DNA from: Bacteroidota bacterium
GTDB taxonomy: Bacteria > Bacteroidota > Bacteroidia > 2-12-FULL-35-15
DNA length: 64,000 nucleotides
NCBI GenBank assembly: GCA_023251835.1
Contig: JAHEXZ010000022.1
Coordinates: 251-64,250, forward strand
Reading direction: 5' to 3'
A program made the position numbers and the translations under genes. Below the pieces are notes generated by a model that did no database searches, was not told where the DNA came from, and worked only from the letters and a program-made list of their open reading frames with translations. This document shows positions 49,222-58,527 of this stretch, piece after piece (the first letter of the stretch is position 1; each line of letters starts with the position of its first letter).

Positions 49222-52200
49222 ATGCATATCCGATTTACGCTTTATTTTATTTTATTTATTCCTCTTTTTTCACTGTCTCAATCAAGGATTACTGGCGTTT
49301 CCCCAACAAATTCAAACCAAATTAAATGGAATCCACCCGCTTCTATAAAAATTTCAGATACTGAGACACAGCGTTTTCTATCATTTGAGGGGGCGCAATA
49401 TGCTTTTGAGGATGGATTTTTACCCAGATACAGCCAAAAAATAGCTTTGAGCGGTAATTTAAAGAACTTTTCTGCACTACTTAAAAATTCTGTTTTTGAG
49501 CCATTATCGGATCAGGAAACAGCTTATATAAAAGACCCCTCAAAAGTTTCAGAACAAATACACATAAGTAGTAATGTGCTGACTGCTAAAAAAAAGTTAT
49601 ATGGGGTTGTTTCTTTTATACCCATCCGTAAAAATAGTGCCACAGGGAAGATTGAAAAATTAGTATCTTTTGAGCTTTCCATTGTGCCAGCCAATGAATT
49701 AAAATCGGGAGCACGTTCTGTTCATACCTATGCATCCAACTCTGTTCTGCAAAGCGGTACTTGGTATAAAATTGCATTATCCACAAATGGTATTTACAAA
49801 TTATCTTACTCTTTTTTGCAAGGTATGGGAATTGATGTAACATCTGTTAATCCCCAAAATATAAGGGTTTATGGTAATGGCGGAAAGGCGCTTGCTGAAT
49901 TAAACTCTGTTCCCCGCCCGGACGACCTTATTGAAAATGCTATTTATGTTGAAGGAGAGAATGACGGGGTATTTAATGAAAACGATTATGTATTATTTTA
50001 TGGGCAAGGAACCACAACCTGGACATACGATAGTACGGCTTCCTGCAATAAATATAAACATTCATTAAACCTTTATTCTGACTCAGCCTATTATTTTATT
50101 ACTACAGATTTAGGTGCCGGTAAACGCATCCAGACACAGGTATCATCTGCTTTACCAGTTACACATACCGTTAATAGTTTTGATGATTATGCTTATCATG
50201 AAAATGAAAACGTCAATTTTATAAAATCGGGCAGACAATGGTTTGGTGAGTATTTTGAAAATGTAAATTCTTATAATTTTTCTTTTTCCTTTCCAAATAT
50301 AGATGCAACATCTGATGCATCAGTAAATGTATGCCTTGCATCGCGTTATTTGAGCGGTGGCAATGCTATTTATTCGGTTAGCAGCCAGTCGGGCAGCACC
50401 TCCATTTCTATTCCGGCAGTGTCAGGAAGTTCATACGACCATTATGCCAGAATTGTAAGCAATTGTTATTCTTTTACTCCTTCCAACCCGGCAATTACCG
50501 TAAATGTTACCAAACAAACAGCGGATGCAGTAGCATGGCTTGATTATATTGACGTGAATGTAAGACGTTTACTTACCATGAGTGGTGCACAACTAATTTT
50601 CAGGGATGCTCAATCAATTGGTACAGGTAATATTGCCCAGTATGAAGTTACGAGCAGCTTACCTATACAAATATGGGATATCACAGATATTAACAATGTA
50701 AAACTGCAATCAGTAAACACACCAGGCTCTTCGCTGTACCAGTTTATTTTGCCTGCCGATTCTTTAAAAGAGTTTATAGCTTTTACGGGGGCATCCTATA
50801 ATGTACCGGCATTGAGAGGAATTGTTGCTAACCAGGATTTACATGCTTTAACGGCCAAAGATTTAATTATTGTTACCCATCCTGATTTTTACCAGGGGGC
50901 ATTACAGCTTGCAGCATATCATGAAAGCAGGGATAGCTTATCTACGGTAGTTGTAACACCCCAGCAGATTTATAATGAATTTTCATCAGGCGCTCAGAGT
51001 GTTTGTGCTATAAGGGATTTTGTAAAAATGTTTTATGACAGAGCTTCAGATAGCTCAGAATTGCCCCAATATTTATTGTTATTTGGTGATGGTTCATATG
51101 ATAACAAGAAGCGTTTTACGAGCAATACCAATTTTATTCCTACTTACCAATCAGATAATTCAACTATTCCCACCTCATCTTATGTGTCTGATGATTTTTA
51201 TGGTTTGCTGGATGATGATGAAGGAGTATGGAATTTTGACGCAGTAGATATAGGAATTGGCCGTTTTCCTGTTAAAACAAAATCAGAAGCTCAATCTGCC
51301 ATTAATAAAATAATGAATTATACCAAAACCGGTTTTTCAACATCAACAACTTCAGGCAATACATGTACCAACCAAGCATCCGGTTCACCTTTTGGGAGCT
51401 GGCGCAATACTGTTTGTTTTATAGGCGATGATGAAGATGGCGGTATTCATGCTTCACAGGCAGATCAACAGGCAACTTTGGTTGATACCACCTATCAGAA
51501 TTACAATATTGATAAAATATACTTAGATGCATACCAACAGGAAGCCACTCCTGGGGGTAACCGTTATCCGGCAGTAGTTGAAGCAATCAATAGAAGGATA
51601 GAAAAAGGAGCTTTAATTATAAACTATACAGGCCATGGAGGAGAAGTTGGTTTAGCTCATGAACGAATCATTGAAGTATCCCAAATTAACAAGTGGAATA
51701 ATGCTACTAATTTGTTTTTATTTTTTACAGCTACCTGCGAGTTTAGCAGGTTTGATGATCCTGAGCGTACTTCGGCAGGAGAGTATGTTTTTTTAAACCC
51801 TAATGGTGGTGCTATTGCTTTATATAGCACAGTAAGATTGGTATTTGCGAGCCCTAACTTTTATCTAAACAGAGATTTTTATACAGCCGTTTTCGAACCT
51901 TTGAACGGAAAGATGCCACGTTTGGGCGATTTGTATGAATATATAAAAAATCAACCGGGAGGAAACTCTGTTAACAGTCGTAATTTTACATTACTTGGAG
52001 ACCCTGCGTTGACTTTAGCTTATCCAAAATATACTATTACAACAGACACTGTTAATTCAAATCCGGTAACAGCTATAAGTTCAGATACATTAAAAGCACT
52101 CTCTATTGTAACAGTAAGTGGGCATATCAGCGATGCTAATAGCAACATCTTAAGTTCATATAATGGGACATTATACCCCACTGTGTATGATAAACCACAA

Positions 52201-53118
52201 AACATTACTACCCTGTCAAATGATGGTACATCTGCAAGTCCACCATTTACTTTTAAATTACAAAAAAATATTTTGTACAAAGGTAAAGTAAGCATCACGA
52301 ATGGATATTATAAATTTTCATTTATAGTTCCTAAAGACATAGCCTACCAGTTTGGCACCGGGCGGATAAGTTATTACGCTGAAAACGGAAATGAGGATGC
52401 ACAAGGGAATCATGAAAAAATAATTATTGGTGGTTCTAATGATACTGCTGCATCGGATGCTGTTGGACCTGAAGTAAGTTTGTATATGAATGATACCAAA
52501 TTTGTATTTGGTGGATTAACGGATGAAAATCCGGACATTTATTCGATATTGAAAGACGACAATGGAATAAATACTGTTGGAAATGGAATAGGGCACGATA
52601 TTACAGCTGTAATGGATGGTAATACAGAAAAATCTATAGTATTAAATGACTATTATGAATCGGATTTAAACAGCTATAAAAGTGGAAGCATACGGTATTC
52701 GCTGGAAGAATTAAGTGAAGGTAAACATACATTAAAATTAAAGGTATGGGACATCTATAATAATTCCACAGAAACCTATACTGAATTTGTTGTTGCAAAA
52801 TCAGCAAAGCTGGCATTAACTCATGTTTTAAATTATCCAAACCCATTTACTACCCGTACTCAGTTTTTCTTTGAACACAACCAAATATGTAGTTTACTGG
52901 AAGTACAGGTACAGATTTTTACTGTATCAGGGAAACTGGTAAAAAATATTGACCAGTTTGTTTCAACACAAGGGTTTCGTTCAGAACCGATAGAATGGAA
53001 CGGTCGGGATGATTTTGGTGATAAAATAGGAAAAGGAGTTTATGTATATCGTGTTAAAGTAAAAACAGCAGATGGTAATACTGCTGAGAAATATGAAAAG
53101 CTGGTAATTTTAAATTAA
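49222..53118 (+). CDS. porU: T9SS sortase PorU (C25 peptidase)
   Basis: NYTGHGGE and TATCEFSRFD catalytic His/Cys; LLGDP; CTD NYPNPFTT. Confidence 0.97.
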   Translation: MHIRFTLYFILFIPLFSLSQSRITGVSPTNSNQIKWNPPASIKISDTETQRFLSFEGAQYAFEDGFLPRYSQKIALSGNLKNFSALLKNSVFEPLSDQETAYIKDPSKVSEQIHISSNVLTAKKKLYGVVSFIPIRKNSATGKIEKLVSFELSIVPANELKSGARSVHTYASNSVLQSGTWYKIALSTNGIYKLSYSFLQGMGIDVTSVNPQNIRVYGNGGKALAELNSVPRPDDLIENAIYVEGENDGVFNENDYVLFYGQGTTTWTYDSTASCNKYKHSLNLYSDSAYYFITTDLGAGKRIQTQVSSALPVTHTVNSFDDYAYHENENVNFIKSGRQWFGEYFENVNSYNFSFSFPNIDATSDASVNVCLASRYLSGGNAIYSVSSQSGSTSISIPAVSGSSYDHYARIVSNCYSFTPSNPAITVNVTKQTADAVAWLDYIDVNVRRLLTMSGAQLIFRDAQSIGTGNIAQYEVTSSLPIQIWDITDINNVKLQSVNTPGSSLYQFILPADSLKEFIAFTGASYNVPALRGIVANQDLHALTAKDLIIVTHPDFYQGALQLAAYHESRDSLSTVVVTPQQIYNEFSSGAQSVCAIRDFVKMFYDRASDSSELPQYLLLFGDGSYDNKKRFTSNTNFIPTYQSDNSTIPTSSYVSDDFYGLLDDDEGVWNFDAVDIGIGRFPVKTKSEAQSAINKIMNYTKTGFSTSTTSGNTCTNQASGSPFGSWRNTVCFIGDDEDGGIHASQADQQATLVDTTYQNYNIDKIYLDAYQQEATPGGNRYPAVVEAINRRIEKGALIINYTGHGGEVGLAHERIIEVSQINKWNNATNLFLFFTATCEFSRFDDPERTSAGEYVFLNPNGGAIALYSTVRLVFASPNFYLNRDFYTAVFEPLNGKMPRLGDLYEYIKNQPGGNSVNSRNFTLLGDPALTLAYPKYTITTDTVNSNPVTAISSDTLKALSIVTVSGHISDANSNILSSYNGTLYPTVYDKPQNITTLSNDGTSASPPFTFKLQKNILYKGKVSITNGYYKFSFIVPKDIAYQFGTGRISYYAENGNEDAQGNHEKIIIGGSNDTAASDAVGPEVSLYMNDTKFVFGGLTDENPDIYSILKDDNGINTVGNGIGHDITAVMDGNTEKSIVLNDYYESDLNSYKSGSIRYSLEELSEGKHTLKLKVWDIYNNSTETYTEFVVAKSAKLALTHVLNYPNPFTTRTQFFFEHNQICSLLEVQVQIFTVSGKLVKNIDQFVSTQGFRSEPIEWNGRDDFGDKIGKGVYVYRVKVKTADGNTAEKYEKLVILN

Positions 53119-53219
53119 TTACTACCTTAGCATTCCCAAAAAAAATCTCATTGGGTATACTATTTTTTTGTTTAGAGCGTTAGTGAAAAACTTTTATCAG
53201 TAAAAAATACTTTTTCAGG

Positions 53220-54509
53220 ATGGGTTATATACAGATTAATAAAACACACCCGGTTATCTTACCCCTGCTATTATTGGGTATTCATAGCTTATTTTCTCAA
53301 GCGCAACAATCTATTAATTACAATCAAATTTCAGGGCAACAGTTAGATACACGCTTAAATACAATAACTACAGCCGTTCCTTTTTTATTAATCTCACCCG
53401 ATTCAAGGGCTGGCGGCATGGGAGATGCAGGATGTGCTTCATCAGTTGATGTAAATTCCATTCATTGGAATCCTTCCAAGCTGGGCTTTGCTGACAAAAA
53501 GATGGGGTTTGGAGTATCCTATACTCCCTGGCTGAGAGCACTTGTACCCGATATTAACCTTGCCTACTTATCCGGCTATTATAGAACTAAAAAGAGTGGA
53601 ACAATAGGTGGCTCATTACGTTATTTTTCATTAGGTGACATTACATTTACCGATATTAATGGCAACACTATAGGTCAATTCAGGCCAAATGAGTTTGCTA
53701 TTGACATAGCTTACGCTACCAAGCTGGGCGATAAATTTTCAGCAGGTGGCGCGGCACGTTATATCAATTCTAATTTAACTGGTGGTACTTTTGTAGACGG
53801 GTCGGCAACGCGTCCCGGCCGCTCTTTTGCAGTAGACGTTTCTGCATTATACAGAGAAGATAAATTAAAACTGGGCGATAAAAAAGCTATTTGGGCATTA
53901 GGTTTAAATATTTCAAACATTGGTGCTAAAATATCATACTCAGACAGGGGTGGAAAAAACAATTCTGATTTTATTCCTATTAATATGCGTTTGGGGGGCT
54001 CATTGGCTATAAATATTGATGATTATAACAGTGTACTGTTTATAGCTGATGCTAACAAATTATTGGTTCCTACACCTCCTATCTATAAACAAAAAATAAA
54101 TCCGAATACTGGTAAACCTGATGGTATTGAATATGATGCTAATGGCGACCCGGTTATTCTTGCTGGAAAAAATCCAAGGAGGGGTGTTGCAGAAGGTATT
54201 TTTGGTTCTTTTAATGATGCCCCCGGTGGTGGCAAAGAGGAACTTAGAGAAATTAATTATTCATTGGGATTGGAATATTGGTATAATAAATTATTTGCCG
54301 TAAGACTTGGTTATTTTTATGAGCATCCAACTAAAGGGAACCGTAAGTATTTTACACTAGGAGCCGGTGTAAAGTACAATGTATTTGGATTAGATTTTGC
54401 CTACCTTATTCCTACCCAGCAAAGAAATCCGTTAGAAAACACATTAAGATTTACACTGACGTTTGATTTTGATGCGTTTAAGGCACAAAATGAAGCAAGC
54501 GCGAACTAA
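53220..54509 (+). CDS. porV: T9SS outer-membrane shuttle PorV
   Basis: ITTAVPFLLISPDSRAGGMGD, SYTPWL, KGNRKYFTLG, NPLENTLRF. Confidence 0.97.
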   Translation: MGYIQINKTHPVILPLLLLGIHSLFSQAQQSINYNQISGQQLDTRLNTITTAVPFLLISPDSRAGGMGDAGCASSVDVNSIHWNPSKLGFADKKMGFGVSYTPWLRALVPDINLAYLSGYYRTKKSGTIGGSLRYFSLGDITFTDINGNTIGQFRPNEFAIDIAYATKLGDKFSAGGAARYINSNLTGGTFVDGSATRPGRSFAVDVSALYREDKLKLGDKKAIWALGLNISNIGAKISYSDRGGKNNSDFIPINMRLGGSLAINIDDYNSVLFIADANKLLVPTPPIYKQKINPNTGKPDGIEYDANGDPVILAGKNPRRGVAEGIFGSFNDAPGGGKEELREINYSLGLEYWYNKLFAVRLGYFYEHPTKGNRKYFTLGAGVKYNVFGLDFAYLIPTQQRNPLENTLRFTLTFDFDAFKAQNEASAN

Positions 54510-54992
54510 ATGACAATACGTATCGGATTTGGGTTTGACGTACATCAACTGCAAGCAGGAAAAGCATTGTGGTTAGGCGGAGTCCAAATCCAGAATGCTT
54601 CTAAAGGCGCTGTAGGACATTCTGATGCGGATGTTTTAATTCATGCTATTTGTGATGCATTGCTTGGTGCAGCCGGTATGCGTGATATTGGATTTCATTT
54701 CCCTGACACTTCTTCAGAATTTAAAGGTATTGATAGTAAACTACTCCTTGCCAAAGTGATTCAGCTTTTAAGAACAAAGAATTATAGTGTTGGAAATATT
54801 GATAGTACATTGGTTTTAGAAAAGCCAAAAATAAATCTCCATATTGAGCAAATAAAGCAGGTGCTGGCACCTATTATGGGTGTAGATACAGACGACATTG
54901 GAATTAAAGCTACTACCAATGAAAAGATGGGGTATGTTGGCCGTGAAGATGGGGTTTGTGCGTATGCGGTGGCGTTGATAAGTCAAAAGTGA
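54510..54992 (+). CDS. ispF: 2-C-methyl-D-erythritol 2,4-cyclodiphosphate synthase
   Basis: RIGFGFDVHQL, GHSDADVLIHAICDA, KATTNE. Confidence 0.99.
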   Translation: MTIRIGFGFDVHQLQAGKALWLGGVQIQNASKGAVGHSDADVLIHAICDALLGAAGMRDIGFHFPDTSSEFKGIDSKLLLAKVIQLLRTKNYSVGNIDSTLVLEKPKINLHIEQIKQVLAPIMGVDTDDIGIKATTNEKMGYVGREDGVCAYAVALISQK

Positions 54993-55125
54993 TATGTCGG
55001 AAGGCAAAAAGTTTTTGACGGAATTTATTTTTATAGGCATTATCCGGCAATTTCCAGCAAATGTCGGATACGATATTCCTGCATAAGTTGCTGTATTTCA
55101 GAACTATAATTTCCATCTTTTTCGA

Positions 55126-56523
55126 CTATCCGGTAATATCCGGTAATTCTTTATTGGTTCTAACATATTTTGTAGAAGGACCTTCGCCAACTTTACTCAC
55201 CCATTCTCCTTCCAATAATTTTGAAATATCATTTCTTGCGGTTTTTTCCGAAATATTTCCTTTATAGAACTTTTCATATTCTTCTCTTGCAAATTGGTCG
55301 GCTGTTTTAATACGTTTTAAAAAGGAGAACATTCTCTTATTCATTTCTATTTGCTTCGCTGTTCCATAAAGCGTAAGTGTAGTGTATCCACTTTGTGTTG
55401 TCCATTCAGGCATTCGCAAGCCAAATTCGGTAAACTTGTTTTTAATCAAACTCAAACCTCTTCCTAATTTTTCTATTTTACCTCTCAGGTAAAACATATG
55501 GGCAATAGTTGGATTTCTTAAAACAGAATGGTGCTCTTTTATTTTGTTTTTCCCTAAAATAATATCAGGGGGAATTTCACCAGAATTAATTATTTCAATT
55601 TTATCAGAATAAATATTTATGGTAATATCCCCCGATATATCAGCATAATCTCTATGAACCATTGCGTTTAGAATAGCTTCATCTAATGCCTCCATCGGAT
55701 ATTTTTCATGCGTTGTCCTGTCCCAATTATCGTGCTTAAATACACTAACCATTGGCAGATTGCGATTAAAATATTCCTGAATACGATTAAAAGACGTGAA
55801 TAAATTATCTTCTATCAAAACGGTATCATCAAAACGGCTTCCAGTTTTTCCGTGTGGCATAACAGTAATTCTGATTCGGCATTGCGAAATAAATTTAACA
55901 GGGTCTTTACCAAATAAAACGATGCTTCCGTTCTTTATCAAATTCAAATCAAACAATTGGAAGTAGTTGAGAAATTCTGGAATATCATTTGGTAAACTTT
56001 TGCCTCTGCCTATCTTGTTGGATTCGTTAATAGTAGTTTCAATTTCTTTTTGAACTAAATCTTCCAAAACAGCATCAATAGTCGTTTGTTTTTCCCAAGT
56101 GGAAGCATATTCATTGGAGCTACGCATAAGCAAACTGATTTCATCTCCATTGGCTTCTTTGGTAATACTGTCCTGCCTCACGTAATACTTGCGGTCAAAA
56201 GAGTATGGTTGCCGTGAACCTTTAATCACGTTCATTAGAATTACATGTTTGCTCTTGTAAGTTTCTATCCGAACATCAATTAAAGGTTGAGGAAAAATCT
56301 GTTCAACAATCAACCTCTTTAGTTCTATAACTTTTTCGTCAATGCCATTTGTTATACCTATCAATTCTTTTCCATTATATCCAACCAATATCCAACCTCC
56401 TTCAGTATTCAGAAAGCCACAAGCAGCCTGCATTAGCTGTTGGGGTTTATATTCACTTACAAATTCGATTTGAAGATTTTCTTTTTGCTGAATCAACTCA
56501 GCTATGAATGAACTGTTAATCAT
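55126..56523 (-). CDS. Schlafen/AlbA_2 domain + RecG-C-like (HATPase_c_4) domain + winged HTH
   Basis: E-x4-EF and FLNTEGG.ILVG; YYVR; EAILNAMVHRDY, IEIINSG, RNPTIA, IEKLGRG; C-terminal SEKTARNDISKL...VGEGPSTKY. Confidence 0.88.
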   Translation of the reverse strand: MINSSFIAELIQQKENLQIEFVSEYKPQQLMQAACGFLNTEGGWILVGYNGKELIGITNGIDEKVIELKRLIVEQIFPQPLIDVRIETYKSKHVILMNVIKGSRQPYSFDRKYYVRQDSITKEANGDEISLLMRSSNEYASTWEKQTTIDAVLEDLVQKEIETTINESNKIGRGKSLPNDIPEFLNYFQLFDLNLIKNGSIVLFGKDPVKFISQCRIRITVMPHGKTGSRFDDTVLIEDNLFTSFNRIQEYFNRNLPMVSVFKHDNWDRTTHEKYPMEALDEAILNAMVHRDYADISGDITINIYSDKIEIINSGEIPPDIILGKNKIKEHHSVLRNPTIAHMFYLRGKIEKLGRGLSLIKNKFTEFGLRMPEWTTQSGYTTLTLYGTAKQIEMNKRMFSFLKRIKTADQFAREEYEKFYKGNISEKTARNDISKLLEGEWVSKVGEGPSTKYVRTNKELPDITG

Positions 56524-57134
56524 GGTAATAATTTGATTTTATCAATTAAATTCTTAATCCTTACTGGATATTTAAACTGACTATCTAAATGCAATCGTAT
56601 ATCTTCTAAACTCTGATACTCCTGAACCCAATTTCCTTTTCTATCCAATGGTGGAATTTTATTTTTTATCATCTCCTCATACAATTGAACACAGCGAATA
56701 TCCATGATAGTGTTATTATTAAAATTGATATTGCCGGAATCGATCGGAATATCAATACCGCCATTGTTAATGGCAGCCTTTCTGATAAGAGAACGAGTAA
56801 ACGTAACACGGAAATCAGCCATAATAAATCTTGGGATTTTGCGGACAATAGCCGTTTCAAATTCTTGATGTGTGATGGACTTACCGCTTTTATCTAAAAC
56901 ACTCGAACCGTAATCCGGTCTGATAAACCCAATGAACAGATCGCATTCTTCAACTCCATTGGTGCAATTTTGCAAATTTGATTCACTACTATCAACCATT
57001 ATAGTTCCTTTATGAGAATTTAAAACATCATAGCCAAAGCCATCTAATAATTCATAGATTTTATTTAACTCAGTTTGAAAGTTATAAACTGTTGATGCTA
57101 CAAATATTTTAATATGATTACGTGGTGCTGCCAT
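56520..57134 (-). CDS. DUF4062 domain protein (TIR/nucleoside-deoxyribosyltransferase-like fold)
   Basis: KIFVAST, C...VEECDLFIGFI...YGS, SITHQEFETA; ATGA-type 4-bp overlap with the downstream gene. Confidence 0.85.
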   Translation of the reverse strand: MAAPRNHIKIFVASTVYNFQTELNKIYELLDGFGYDVLNSHKGTIMVDSSESNLQNCTNGVEECDLFIGFIRPDYGSSVLDKSGKSITHQEFETAIVRKIPRFIMADFRVTFTRSLIRKAAINNGGIDIPIDSGNINFNNNTIMDIRCVQLYEEMIKNKIPPLDRKGNWVQEYQSLEDIRLHLDSQFKYPVRIKNLIDKIKLLP

Positions 57135-57157
57135 GTTGCTATGCTTCCTAATTTATT

Positions 57158-58192
57158 TTATTCCTTTTGAATTATGAAATCCAAAACCCTAATTTTAACA
57201 TAAGCTTCCTCTGCATAAAGAAATCCTAAGTCTTCTCCATTATTTGCCATATTCATCTCAAATGATCGCGCCAAAAAGGGTTGAATAACTTCATTTCCTA
57301 TTACCAGTGTTTTTGGTTGATAGCTCACAATTGTGCCAGTCTTGTCATAAATAAGTAGCAAAATTTTTATTGAAAAAACAGCGGTGGGTAGATTGTTTTT
57401 TATCGAGAAAAAAACTTTTGCTGGCAAACAATGCTTGCTCGTTCCTCTCGTCCATTCAAAACAAGGGTCAATATTTCGTATAGTAACGCCTGTTTTAATA
57501 AGGGGAGATGCGGAAGTCTGAGAGACAGTTTTAACTTTCGATTTTACAGATGATAAAGAGGTTACTGTTCCAATTTTTAATTTTAAGCTAAGTAAATATT
57601 TTACTGGTATTGCAAAATTTATATTTTGTCCATCTGTGAAACTTGCAAATGCAATACCTATAGCCAGTCCAAGTGAATTTAAAACAGGGCCTCCACTACT
57701 ACCAGGTGAAATAGGAGCAGTGATTTGCAAAACTTTGTTAGTTTGTATATCACGTATTCCGCTAATATTACCTTCAGAAAATGTACCATTAAATCCTTTA
57801 GGATTGCCAACAGCAAATATTTTTTCGCCTATCTCCGGAAGATTTTCACTTCCTAAATTTAATTTGTCTCCCGATAGCTCGGAAATTTTTAAGATTACTA
57901 AATCGTTTGCTTTATCTATTGCAACATATCCATTTACCTTATATTTTTTATCTTCTCCGTTTTTTAGAATATACGCTGAATTACATCCTTCAATAACATG
58001 TACATTCGTTGCAACCAATTCATCATCTATCATAAAGCCAGAGCCATATCCCAATGGTTGTATAAATTGGTCTAAAGCAACAATCGACACGGTTGATTTT
58101 ATTCCGGTTTTGGCAATTTCGGTGGATGATTGTCCAAATATTTTTAATGATGTCAGTAAAATGGCCAATAAAATAAATTTATTTCCTCTCAT
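57158..58192 (-). CDS. Exported S1C/trypsin-like serine protease with C-terminal beta domain
   Basis: Signal peptide; GSGF, TNVHV (His), NDLVILKI (Asp), ISPGSSGGP (Ser). Confidence 0.92.
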   Translation of the reverse strand: MRGNKFILLAILLTSLKIFGQSSTEIAKTGIKSTVSIVALDQFIQPLGYGSGFMIDDELVATNVHVIEGCNSAYILKNGEDKKYKVNGYVAIDKANDLVILKISELSGDKLNLGSENLPEIGEKIFAVGNPKGFNGTFSEGNISGIRDIQTNKVLQITAPISPGSSGGPVLNSLGLAIGIAFASFTDGQNINFAIPVKYLLSLKLKIGTVTSLSSVKSKVKTVSQTSASPLIKTGVTIRNIDPCFEWTRGTSKHCLPAKVFFSIKNNLPTAVFSIKILLLIYDKTGTIVSYQPKTLVIGNEVIQPFLARSFEMNMANNGEDLGFLYAEEAYVKIRVLDFIIQKE

Positions 58193-58290
58193 TGTTGGCT
58201 TATTTTAAAATTGCACAAACTATTAATTTCTGATTGAAATCAAATAAAAATGACATTCAAAATTTGACATCTAAAATACGTATTTAAACA

Positions 58291-58404
58291 GCGCATTTGA
58301 AAAAAATGGCTCTTTTGCTTTTGCCGAAGGCTAGTTTTGCATATCCAGGGGCAAAAGCAAAAGAGCCAATTGTGCAGTTGGCTAAAATTGTTTTTAAAAT
58401 GCGC
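58291..58404. repeat. Large intergenic inverted repeat
   Basis: Perfect 19-bp arms TGGCTCTTTTGCTTTTGCC (58307-58325) / GGCAAAAGCAAAAGAGCCA (58350-58368), enclosed by GCGCATTT / AAATGCGC. Confidence 0.8.
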
Positions 58405-58527
58405 GGTGGCAAAAAAAGTTTAAAGTCAAAAGGTTTAAAGTTAGTTAAAGGTTATTGGTTATTGAGTTATTAGCTGTTGAGTATTTGAGATAATTATTGG
58501 GGAGGAGGTTTCGGTTGTGAAATTATT

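Noticed and set aside
55040-55150. Degenerate TATCCGG(T/C)AAT 10-bp tandem at the Schlafen gene end and 85 bp downstream
   Set aside because: Too short and mismatched to call a duplicated gene remnant or att site.
57636-58208. 190-aa + strand ORF
   Set aside because: Antisense to the serine protease, whose catalytic triad is intact.
58433-58500. GTTATT/GTTAAA low-complexity run
   Set aside because: Irregular simple sequence with no spacers or structure.
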